Source of the DNA: Rhodosorus marinus CCMP1338
Taxonomy: Eukaryota; Plantae; Rhodophyta
DNA: 64,000 nt
Reading direction: 5' to 3'
Assembly: GCA_029953675.1 (NCBI GenBank)
Contig: JAMWBK010000007.1
Location: 372,001-436,000 of the forward strand
Made by a program: the position numbers and the translations under genes. Shown here piece after piece: positions 34,453 through 44,878 of the stretch. Numbering within the stretch: the stretch's first letter is position 1; every line of letters starts with the position of its first letter. The notes beneath the pieces are model-generated. The model was given only the letters and a program-made list of their open reading frames with translations. It was not told the origin of the DNA and did not search any database.

Positions 34453-36213
34453 TCAGGTTGTCCATTTCTGTTCGCCAGTTAGCAGTATGTCGAGGATGGT
34501 GTCGCTAGTGGCAATCGTTCGCGAGGGAAGAATTCGCAGGAGTTTCTTCGAGGCGTAGTTTTTCTCGTCGAGGATGAGGATGGTGTCAGATTCCTCACTC
34601 GGCTTTGGCGGTGTTAGCTTGCCTCCTGCGAACTCGATCAGCATTTCCAGATGGAGCCGTTCGGGCTCCGGGTTGGGGAAGTCGCCAACCAGCGCAAAGG
34701 AGGTGCTGTTGAACACCGGCGGCAGCGATCGTCGCCTTTTAATGTCAAATCCTACAGGTGTAAACTTTTCTTCGTCCAACCAGCGCCCCTCTTTGACGCT
34801 GTCTGCGAGCCACTCCTCGCGAACGATAAACTTACTTCCAGCGAGAGCAAGCATTATTCTTATGGATCGGTATCTTGCAGCGCCCCGCTTATTGACTCCG
34901 CTTATCACGTGCGTTACTTGCTTCATAGATTCTACACTTTCGACGACTTCGGCTCCCATGTAGTGACACATGCGCTTCATTAATTCCATCTCTTTGTGAT
35001 CTCGGATATTTGTGAATGCGATCGCCACTCCCGGACAAGCAGCTAGCTCGGACGACCGGCAACTAGGCTTTTCCGTCGGCCTCAACCAGGATATTGGAAC
35101 CGAAATGAGTCTGATCGAGTTTTTCGAGTCAATCTCATCGCTCGAATGGCTTGATGCAATGGCTGGTTGCTTCCGCGGCAGCATGTCTTTTCTCTCTGTG
35201 GTACCATCAACTCCCAGGATTACAGACAGAGAGGGAAAATCGGAAACGCTGTCTGCGTCTGAACAGCCATCAGCAATATCCTCGTCGCTGCTCACGATTC
35301 TCCGCTTGGCCGGCCGTCGAAAGACCTGTTCGTCCTCGTCGACTACTGAGCTCATTTCAACAATCTCGTCTTCCTCACCTGTTTTTTCTGGTTTCGTTAC
35401 CAACAGCCTCCCATCCAGCTCTATATTGGACACAGCGTTCCCCTTGTCTCCTGATAGCTCTTTCCTTCCGCAAGCTACCTCCTGCTCCCTCAAACATGCA
35501 TCCTTACCGGCGTCCAGCAGTTCGGATGCTAGGTTTGCAGGTCTAGGTGACCTCTTGCATTCATTTACAATTCCCTCAGTATCAGAAGTATCAAAACTTT
35601 CGGGTCCATGTGATAGCTTCCGGTCACCATTCGTGGCGGGTTCAGATGGCCTACTCCTTGCAGATGACCTCTTGCATTCATTTCCACCGTCTTTTGCAAT
35701 TCCCTCAGTAGCATCAAAATTTTCTGGTTCCTGCGAAAGCTTCCTGCCACCACTCTTGGCTTGTTCAGATGGCTTACTCTTCGCAGATGACCTCTTGCAT
35801 TCATTTCCACCGTCTTTTTCGATGCCCTTCGTAGTATCAGAACCTTCGGGTCCTTCTAGCTTCTGGTCACCACTCTTGGCGGGTTCAGATGGCCTGCTCC
35901 TCGCCCTGCCCACGACCACTCTTACCTCACTCTCCAGCCGCAAGAATCCCACGAGAAGATTTCGCAGGTGCTTATTCTGAATAAGATCCCTCGGATACGC
36001 AGGCAACTGACACGCTGGACACTTATCGCTTTCCTCAACGGCGGGCTTCACACACTCAAAACAAAAACTGTGATTGCACGAATCGATTCGGTACGGGTTC
36101 GCCAGAATCTCCCCACACAGGTAGCACCGCAATGTACTCCTGACCGTTTTCAACTGTTCTTCAACATTCGATAAAATCGTCTCCATTTCTTCTCCCCCTA
36201 CCCCCCTCTCCAA
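34453..36213 (-). CDS. BRCA1/BARD1-like RING and tandem BRCT protein, single long ORF
   Basis: RING CYLCGE..CNHSFCFECV..CPAC; BRCT VTHVISG..IMLALAGSKFIVREEWLADS; second BRCT FALVGDFPNP..LIEFAGGKL. Confidence 0.88.
   Translation of the reverse strand: MERGVGGEEMETILSNVEEQLKTVRSTLRCYLCGEILANPYRIDSCNHSFCFECVKPAVEESDKCPACQLPAYPRDLIQNKHLRNLLVGFLRLESEVRVVVGRARSRPSEPAKSGDQKLEGPEGSDTTKGIEKDGGNECKRSSAKSKPSEQAKSGGRKLSQEPENFDATEGIAKDGGNECKRSSARSRPSEPATNGDRKLSHGPESFDTSDTEGIVNECKRSPRPANLASELLDAGKDACLREQEVACGRKELSGDKGNAVSNIELDGRLLVTKPEKTGEEDEIVEMSSVVDEDEQVFRRPAKRRIVSSDEDIADGCSDADSVSDFPSLSVILGVDGTTERKDMLPRKQPAIASSHSSDEIDSKNSIRLISVPISWLRPTEKPSCRSSELAACPGVAIAFTNIRDHKEMELMKRMCHYMGAEVVESVESMKQVTHVISGVNKRGAARYRSIRIMLALAGSKFIVREEWLADSVKEGRWLDEEKFTPVGFDIKRRRSLPPVFNSTSFALVGDFPNPEPERLHLEMLIEFAGGKLTPPKPSEESDTILILDEKNYASKKLLRILPSRTIATSDTILDILLTGEQKWTT
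35548..35905. repeat. Three in-frame coding repeats (period 117-123 bp) in the BRCA1/BARD1-like linker
   Basis: TGACCTCTTGCATTCATTT recurs at 35548, 35665 and 35788; the peptide unit is (R/K)S(R/K)PSE.A..G..KL....E..D...GI...NECKRS. Confidence 0.9.
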
Positions 36214-36451
36214 ACCAAAAAATTACCCTTCAGCTAAACAGCTGATCCTCCAACCCTCACCGCCGCCTTCCTCCTCCCCCAAACTTCATAATCTCTCTTT
36301 CCAACTCACCATCCCCAACCCCTCCAATTCACTAGTTTCCCGATGGCCAAAAAAGCAACAGAGGGGCCGATGTTCTCTCATGTCCATAGTAGGGCATTGG
36401 CTGCACTTTTATATCGGACAAGCTGTCCTTATTTTGGCGCGAAAAGTGTCC

Positions 36452-36494
36452 CATATATATATTTATATATATATATATATATTTATATGTATAC
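36452..36494. repeat. (AT)n microsatellite
   Basis: ATATATATATTTATATATATATATATATATTTATATGTATA. Confidence 0.9.
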
Positions 36495-37017
36495 AGTTTG
36501 TTATGGGACAAACTATGGGGAAGTTGTTTCAACGCTGGCTGCTATGTGCGAGAAGTGGTGGAATTTTGCTTTTGATCTAACGTTTCGCAAAATGATGTCA
36601 TAGTAGATCAGAGCAGTTCTGATGGAGTATAGAAGGATCCCCATCAGATGATACCCGCCCCGAGGGCATGTGAAGCAAAAAAAGGGAAGAAAAAAGGGGG
36701 ATGTGGATGTGGGCATGAGTGGGATGGACGTTGGATGTGCTCTGAATAAACGGTCATGATGGTGTTGGTGCAAGTTACTGCTCTTAGCTTGGTGATGGTT
36801 CTGGTAACAGTCGCGGAAGACCCGTATAAATCGTTCTGAAAGCAGTAAAGCGCATTCGAGAAAAATAAGCTCGACACCCGCAGAAGTACTCATCGAGGAG
36901 GGCGCTGCCTGCCAGGTTTAGGTTTTGAGGTTTGGTGGGGATCAAGTTGAGCATCTTCGAGCACTATCGAGGAGGAGGACGTGAAAAGAAAGAGAACGAA
37001 ATGCTAGTGTCGAAGCT

Positions 37018-39076
37018 ATGGAGCAAGGAATCAGAGAACGAGGGAGGAAGGGCAGAAGACGTTGGACCGGCAATGGGTATCGGCTTGAGAAGCTTGATTA
37101 TGCGGTGGTGTTGTTGATCGCCTTGGGGATACTAGGAGTGATCGTATTGCTTCGGTCCTCAACAGATGAACTGCAGACAGGAAGTTCGAGTGAGTGCAAT
37201 AATCTCTTGATAGCGATTGGACTTCAGGATGGGAACTTTCTGCTTCGGCTGGTTGAGGGAAGTGACGAGATCACGTCGTGGATGAACGACAACGAACTGA
37301 TTTCGAGCTCGTTGTGCGTCGAGGGATTTGATTTCCACGATCACTATCGCGAGCGATTATCTACGGTCAAGGCTGCCGTGTTGGAGTCTCTGGCCTCGCT
37401 TCGGATAAACTTGAAGACGGTCGCCTTGAGCTACAACGGAAAACTTGCAGTTGAGGTCAACAACAAGCCCGTGGACAAGTTCACATCAGTCGTAGATGAC
37501 AAGTATGTCGCTATTAACTTTGAGAAGAGCTTTCGGGGAAGACTAACAGAGACGAAGACGTTGCCAGTAGTTGACATGCTGGACCTTGCTGAGCGTCGGG
37601 GGGTTGAACCGGACGGGATTGTCATTGTGAGGTTCTCGGGGAGCCCTGAGGATGCCACCTCGTATCTGCGGATGTTCCTTGCGGAGCCGAGACTGGGCCG
37701 TAGAGTAAAGCTCTTGAAGCTGGAACTGCACAGCGCACCGACTTACCTGGGCGGTGCTAGGTCTACAGGTCAACAGCCAGGGGGGAAGAACGAAGTGGAA
37801 AAGCTGAGGCGCATGCTGCTGAGTATGGACGACTGTATAACTGAAGTCATTATCGTTGAGGAAGAGAACTACAGGGAGCCTCCAAAGGAGGACAACGGCT
37901 TGTTTTATGCAGTTCTGGCGGGACACGCCACGTGGACTGCCAGGGTTGACCCGGCGCTGAACAGTTGGTTGAAGGGCGTCAACTACGGCAGAGCTGCGAT
38001 CTTCACCAATTTTGGGATAAAGCCCGGCTCCATAGAAGCTAAGGCCCTGAAAAACCATATCGCAGTGGTTGCAGCACCTGCGCATCCAGACAGCGAGGGG
38101 ACTCTGAGCCTCATGCAGTCCTGGAGCCACCTCGTGCGATTAAGAGCTTCCTGGGATCTGTTCATGAAGCAAGATACCTCGCTGAAGTACCTCATTCTGC
38201 TGGACGACGACACTTTCCCCTTCACGGATACGTTTGAGGCTGTGTTGCGGGAGTGTATGGATCCTAATGCTCTCGAGTGGGGCGGTTCTCCAGAATCAAT
38301 CCGCGTGGATAACGGTGATGGTCCGATTCACGGGGAAGCGCTGAGACAGGCCAACTTGAAAGGTGAGATGTACCGCTTGAGCGCATTCCGACCATTGAAT
38401 GAATTGCATTCTGCTGCGTTTGTCCTTGTGACTGCTCGAGAGAGCTCACGATGAGACTTTCATAATCATTTCTGTGTTTACAGCGGGGGGTAAGCGTTGC
38501 CGTTTTCCTAATGAACCGAAAGAGCGGGGTGTCCCGAACTGCAGGACTGTGCTTTGTCCGAGTTGTCCGAGTGTTCCCCAAGGAGGCATGATAGTTGTGA
38601 GTCGAGCGCTTGTGCAGCGACTTCGACCGCACATTGAGAAGTGTGAGCGCGATACGCAGGACCTGTGTGACCATTGCGGCTCTCAGCGGCTGTATTTTTG
38701 CGTTCACGAGCATGCGAAGGAGGCCAAGACCTCGAATCTGCGAGGCGTTTATCGCACCCCGTGGATTGGAGAAAAGCATACAACCTCAACAGAATGGCAC
38801 GGATATCCGCTCTCGCTGCACGGAATGAAGTCCACAAACCCAAAGTTGCACCACGCGACTGTATCTTTGGACTTCAACGAGCTCTACGACCTTGCTCTGC
38901 GGGCTCGGCGACGCAGTGCTGCCGATGCCGGCGAACCTTATGTATTGATTGAGGATCTACATTTCGAGATTACCTGCAAAGGGATGGGCTACTTTCGTCA
39001 TGGAAAATGCTATTCCAGGCTAGAACCGCACAACTTTTGGTGTCAAACATCCTCGTATACGTGGAAACCGAAATAG
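37018..39076 (+). CDS. Type II membrane Fringe/GT31-like glycosyltransferase with N-terminal FkbM-like domain, paralogue 1 (2 exons)
   Basis: TM AVVLLIALGILGVIVLL; LFYAVLAG, YLILLDDDTF (DxD), WGGSPE; exon 2 QGGMIVVSRALV..DLCDHCGSQRLYFC; intron about 38365-38500. Confidence 0.82.
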
Positions 39077-40350
39077 GTCGGTTCTCGCTGTACATGGCGA
39101 AGGGACCATAGCCTTTCGATCTCAGCAGCAGGGGGCGAAGGTGGACGCGCAGCTCTCCTCGTTCATCCCGAATTCAACTGCAGAAAGTTACATTGGACCC
39201 TGCAGGATGATCTGCTTCATCTGCTTGACAAAGGCGTGACTGACGAGGATAAGGCCAATCGTAGACGGAGCACGGATGCTTTGCTAAAGACTCGCACTTG
39301 GGGTCGAGGTCACACTGGTATCGACCGAACATCCCAACACATGTACTCTGGACGACGGCGTGGTGCAGGGCATTTTAACTCCCAAACAGCTAATTGTTTC
39401 AACCGATAAGAATCTTGTATAGATCAGCACGGAAGAAGAAACCGCCACTTTTACTTCATTGTCGGACCTGTAAAAAACTTCTTCTCAACCCATCTGACAT
39501 CTTCCGGTCAACCCACCAGCTCGGCGCTAGCTGGGATCTCATCTTGAAGCCGCGGAGGACATAATCCTCCTGCTTCTTTCCAGAGTCTGTCCTTGTACAG
39601 TAACCGTGCTCAGTGTTTTCGGCCACCAACTTCATGTTTGTCTTCGTCTGTAGCTCTGGGGCCTTGCTCAAACCTCGACAGAGCTCAGGCGGTCGTTTTG
39701 CTTGCTCGTTCCTTTTGTGAACCAACCCTAAGAGCTAGTTTCCAAACAGTAAGATCGGTTCGGCTGCCGATCCGTCTGGAGCAATTAGATAGTACGGTTC
39801 AGAGTACTAATTGAAACGATCTGAATGCCATTCATGGCTTCATCTTCCTCCTCGAATGTGAAGGTCATCGTCTTCAACGGAGCTTTTTGATCCGAGGAGA
39901 GAGAGAGGCTTTGCTTGGGGAGTTTCGGAGGTCAAGATAAAAGCGACTTCGGCAGAAGAAGCTCCTGGTTGAAGTGACGTAACCCCTGAACGGCGAGTTT
40001 CGTCAGCTTTCTAGATAACTCTTGGATTAGAGCTGATCTTCAACAGGAGAGTAGCCTTGCAGAGAGTGGATCGTAGGGGATTCATAGGTCTTTCAGAGGT
40101 TGTCCTCTTCGAAGTGGAGTGAAAAACTGATTTCAGTGCTCCTTTATTTGATGATGACGACCCAGCTGTTGAAGTGGATCAATTTGTTTGGGTTTGGGAC
40201 GATGACCTGAACGGCTTTTTGTTTTGGAGGACTCTTTGTGAGGGGCAGCCCAACTGTTTGGGTTTGAGAATCTGTTGAAAGAGATTTAGAAAGAGTTTGG
40301 AAAGGCACTGAAGGCGAACGAGGGTTTTGAAAGCCGTTAAGACTGTTAAG

Positions 40351-42464
40351 ATGGCTGGTGATCAGCAGACCAGAACGGCTGGGAACAAGGGATCTAGGAT
40401 GGCGGTAAGTAGACGAGTTGAGGATTTCTGGAAGGCGCTGAGGACGTTTCAGAAGAAAACGTCCTCCGGAAAATTCAGCTTTCTTGGTATGAGAGGTGGT
40501 ATCTTCTCGGTGTGGGTGTTAATCTGCGCACTGTTAGTGTTCTTCGGGCTGCGGTTGGGAAGGAGTCCCAAGGTGATCGCTACTGTTGTCGGGGCCCGGT
40601 GCCCATATCTACTGGTTGATGTTGGAGTCCGGGGAGGCGATGATTTGCTGGACTTGGTTAGTTCTGGGGGTATTCTGAAGGGATTCAGCGATGCCACTGG
40701 AATCAGCCCGGGGGAATTCTGTGTAGAGGCATTCGAGGCCGACGAGGGTTACTCTGACCGACTCAGGGAGGTGGAGAAGATTTTGTCTCCAAGCTTACGG
40801 AGCATCAAAGTACACCTCCAGTCCACGGTGGCCAACTTCAATGGCGAGGCTCCTGTAATGTTGGAAAACGTAGCAGCGGCGTTCCGCAGATCGGAATCTG
40901 TGAATGGGGTTGCGACGTATAACTGGGAGGCTACCGCGAGTTCTGATCGAGAGCATCGACTATCGAACATCGCTTTCCAAGATTTGTGGGACGTTCTCAA
41001 GCGCAACGGAGTCACAAGATACAAGAGTTGGAGTGCGGCTCGAGTGAAGAGCACATTCAGTGACGCCGGGATGTACCTCCGAATGATTCTAGGAGATCCC
41101 AGGCTATGCAATGCTCTAGATGAGATCTTCATGGAGATCGTCCATGGCGACGACTTGGTGTCGCAGAAGAGGAGCGATTTCATCCCGGAGGACGTTGAAT
41201 CGGAGTTGGAGCTTCTCGCGGATCTGTTGAAAACCGCCAGCTTGTGCACAACAAAGGTTTCGATCAGATACAACCGAATCGCAGATGCCGCCGGAAAGGA
41301 GGACAAGATCTTTTATGCGGTTTTAGCGGGAGCCAAGACGCTCAGTACGAGAGTGTGTGCTTCGACGAGGACGTGGATGAGATCCGTTCCCCACAGCAGC
41401 ATCGCCATCTTCACCAACACCGAGTTTGATGTGAACGACCACAGTTTCAGGTGCCTAGGAGGCCACATGGGTGTTGTCGCGTCGCCCGCTCAACCCGATG
41501 GCGAGAAAGTCCTTTCTGCAATGCAATCATGGAGCCATCTTGTCCGTCTGAGACTTGCGTGGGATCTTCATATGAAGGACGATGCATTTAAGCAATATCT
41601 GGTGCTCATGGACGATGACTCCTTTGTATTTACCGATACGCTTGAGGCGAATCTAGTGGCGTGCATGAGTCCCAAGGCGCTGCACTGGGGTGGGGCTCTG
41701 GAATTTATTCGTATTGACAACGGTGACGGTGGTAGGGACGGGTTTGGCAAGGATCTGAGAGAAAAACAAATCAAAGGTGAGCTTGTAAACAATGGCGATA
41801 TACTCTGCAAGCTGGTGTAGCCTGCTCAGGATTGTTCCTTTCGTTTCTCATTTCCGTTGCCACAGAGAAAGGAGAGAACTGCTACTTCCCTGGAGAACAA
41901 GCTAAGCAAGGCGAGAAGCCCTGCGACCAAGTCTTTTGCAAAAGCTGCAAGGCAATACCGCAAGGTGGGTTTGTCGTTTTGACCAGGGCCCTGGTGGAGG
42001 CATTGCGTCCGCATATTGAAGACTGTGAAAGGGAATCGCTCGATCTCTGCGAGCGATGTGGTTCGCAGAGGCTCTACTTTTGCGTGAATCGGAAATTGGG
42101 GGATAAAGGCGTGGAGCTTTCAGGCCTGCGCGGTGTGTATCGGCAGCCGTGGAAAACCGAGTTTAGCAGCCTGGTGGGAACCGCGTGGCATGGATACCCG
42201 GTATCAATTCATGGCATGGTTGAGGGATCATCAAAATTACACAAGGGCCTGCTGGAAGATGACTTTGCTGAGCTCTACGCGCTTGTAAGAAGAGCTCGGA
42301 GGCGATCGGCAGCCAACGCAGGGGACGCCTATGTCACCGTTGAGGACATGAACTTTCAAATCGTTTGCGACGGGCTGGGTTACTTTCGCAATGGGAAATG
42401 TTATAGAGCACTGACTGGCGCGAAGAACTGGTGCAATACCGCGGCTTATACTTGGACGCCTTAG
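40351..42464 (+). CDS. Type II membrane Fringe/GT31-like glycosyltransferase with N-terminal FkbM-like domain, paralogue 2 (2 exons)
   Basis: TM VWVLICALLVFFGL; LLVDVGVRGGD..FCVEAFEAD..LDEIFMEIVH; IFYAVLAG, YLVLMDDDSF, QGGFVVLTRALV; the intron sits at the same position (after LKG/IKG) as in paralogue 1. Confidence 0.85.
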
Positions 42465-43324
42465 AAGTTTTAGGGGTTGTGTAGGCTCAAGTCACTCCAA
42501 AGTCAACAGCACAGTTCTTTCCCAGCAGGGATACGACGAATCTCGTCTCTTGTCACGGCAATCAAAGAATGGACTTGAGGGACGTTCATTGGGTTGTTTA
42601 GTCTCAAATCTCATCCACGGACCGAGTTAACCGCTGTGCTGTGGACAAAGAGTAGAAAGTTGTTCCGCAGCAAGAGCTTTTCGAAGAAACTGAGGGCTGG
42701 AGATTCGGGCTTTCAACCCAGAAACGTGCCTGAGGTATCGGGTTGCTGTGCATAGTCCAGACCGGGCTAGTACACGCCTTCTGAAGAGGTGCCCGACTAT
42801 TCGACCAGCTCAAGCTGTTGCCGAAGGCTCCTTTTGGTCTTGGGCACCATCTACCAAGTTGATAAGCTTCTCTGTAGAAGTTTGTACCTATCGATCATCC
42901 TGTGAAGCTCGTACGTTACCTACGTGACAGGCCAAACCGTTTGCAACTAAATATAAAAGCACGCTCGAGAGGTCACAACGAAGGGTATTGAACTAGTTGG
43001 AAGTACTTTTGGGCTTTTTTGCCTTGCTCGCGCGTTCACGACTACCTTCCGATCCTTTCCATCTCAAGGAGACCGCCGACTCCTTTCCGCACTTCCAACC
43101 AGTAATCTTCTGGCCCACTTGTCGCCTAGATATGGGCGAGTAGCAAGTCACGGTCTGGTGTTCGAGGTAAACTATAGGAAGCGCGAGTCAGTTGAACTTT
43201 TTGCTACTACCATAAGGAGTAGATGCTTAGAGAGGCAACATCCCATTAGATGTTCCGGTTCCGGATGATAAATTTCCTTCAAACGAAAAGACGTGATAAA
43301 AACAACAAAATACAAACACTATTT

Positions 43325-43530
43325 ATCCAATAGATTACGGAGTACGAAGGACAATTCACCAATAATAACCAATAATAACCTCGAGAAGTCAGTACCATGT
43401 ATAGAGTTTATAAAATAAGAAATAAGTTTAGCCAATGATAACTAGTAAAATATCGAACGGTATAGGTGATAGGGAGAAATTACCGTTAAGATGAGAATTT
43501 ATTAGTACGGGTTTTTCAATCGATTGGAGG
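43325..43530. promoter_or_regulatory. AT-rich promoter island with 5 CCAAT/ATTGG boxes
   Basis: CCAAT at 43327, 43359, 43369 and 43432; ATTGG at 43523; upstream of the SDR gene. Confidence 0.55.
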
Positions 43531-43877
43531 ACATGTAATAAATTTATAAAATACAGATATATGTTTGGAGACTTTGAGTTTTCGTATTAATTAGATAGAA
43601 AATGGAAAGCGCGGGGGATGAAGTCTTTTGGAGGCCAAGAAGACTAGGCTTTTAGAGATGGCACTTTGATGAAGATGATCGTCTACCTCTGCTTGGGAAG
43701 GAATCTGATCGGTTGGATTGGAAGAGGTTTCGTACTGATGAAGCCTATTGATTTCTTACTATCGATACAAAAAAAACCAGATCTTTGCTGATATCTTGGA
43801 AAGTTTGTTCCGCGGTTTGTTGTTGACGTGAGAGCCTGTGCGGTAGAGCGGAAGTGCCCGGGAGCTGTTGTTCTGGG

Positions 43878-44654
43878 ATGGCCGGTCGATGGAGTTTAAA
43901 AGGGAAGAAGGCGTTGGTAACTGGCGGCACAAAAGGAATTGGCAAGGCGGTTGTTAATGAATACGTTCAGCTTGGTGCTCAGGTATTCTTGACCGCGAGA
44001 ACTGAGCGGGACGTTCTGGATGTCGTGGAGAGCTATGGGTCTGGGAATGTGTACGGGGTTGCCTCAGATGTGAGCACCAAGGAAGGCTGCGAGAAGCTGA
44101 TTGCAGAGGTGAACAGGGTATTTGATGGAGAGCTGCATGTTCTCGTGAACAACGTCGGAACGAGTATACGGAAACCGAGCGTGGAGTACATGGAGGAGGA
44201 ATACGACATCCTTATGGATACGAACGTGAAGAGTATGTTCAGATTGTGTCAAATGGCTCATCCCATGTTGAAAAAGGCAGGAAGTAGCTGTGTGCTCATG
44301 AATTCGTCCGTTGCTGGAATGGTTGCTTTGAACTCTGGGGCGATCTACGGGATGACGAAAGCTGCATTAAACCAGCTCACCCGAGCGCTGTGTTGTGAGT
44401 GGTGTGGCGATGGGATCAGAGTCAATTCGGTGTGTCCATGGTACACCCGAACACCTCTCGCGGCTCCCGTCATTGAGGACAAAAAGCGTCTGGGAATCAT
44501 CCTCGCCAGAACACCAGCGGGCAAGGTCGCTGAACCCGAAGATGTCGCCGCACTCTTTGCCTTCTTGGCTATGGACTGTGCCAAACACATAAGCGGCCAG
44601 AGCGTTAGCGTGGACGGTGGCTTCACTGCCAATGGAAATTTTACTTTCTCATGA
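43878..44654 (+). CDS. Tropinone reductase-like short-chain dehydrogenase/reductase, intronless
   Basis: RWSLKGKKALVTGGTKGIG, LVNNVG, YGMTKAALNQL (YxxxK), IRVNSVCPWYTRTPL, ISGQSVSVDGGFT. Confidence 0.93.
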   Translation: MAGRWSLKGKKALVTGGTKGIGKAVVNEYVQLGAQVFLTARTERDVLDVVESYGSGNVYGVASDVSTKEGCEKLIAEVNRVFDGELHVLVNNVGTSIRKPSVEYMEEEYDILMDTNVKSMFRLCQMAHPMLKKAGSSCVLMNSSVAGMVALNSGAIYGMTKAALNQLTRALCCEWCGDGIRVNSVCPWYTRTPLAAPVIEDKKRLGIILARTPAGKVAEPEDVAALFAFLAMDCAKHISGQSVSVDGGFTANGNFTFS

Positions 44655-44878
44655 TAGGGTGCATATGAGAAAGAGTCAACTTTTTGTTTGCTAGAGTTGA
44701 AGGAAACCTTCCGAAAAGCGCCTTCCAAAAAGGAGCCAGGCAAAACGAGTTCGGAAGCTTATGTGTTAACCGTTTCTTGGATTTAATACTTAACTTTCCA
44801 TAATCATTCTTTAGTATAATGCCTATGTCTCCCTCGCTGTTTAAACAAAAAAAAAGCAACTTAAAACTTCCGAAACTA

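Noticed and set aside
29626-36213. Apparent genome-maintenance cluster (NSE3, BRCA1/BARD1-like; HAUS6 elsewhere in the window)
   Set aside because: The genes are interspersed with unrelated ones; proximity is expected by chance in a gene-dense genome.
36756-36839. 27-codon signal-peptide-like mini-ORF (MMVLVQVTALSLVMVLVTVAEDPYKSF)
   Set aside because: Too short, with no splice continuation identified; hydrophobic codons are expected in G/T-rich leaders.
40148-40211. Second TGATGA..CTGA pair upstream of glycosyltransferase paralogue 2
   Set aside because: No terminal stem or recognisable rRNA complementarity.
43667-43738. Possible C/D box snoRNA (TGATGA..CTGA..CTGA)
   Set aside because: There is no terminal stem, and the putative guide resembles sense rather than antisense rRNA; these short boxes are common by chance.
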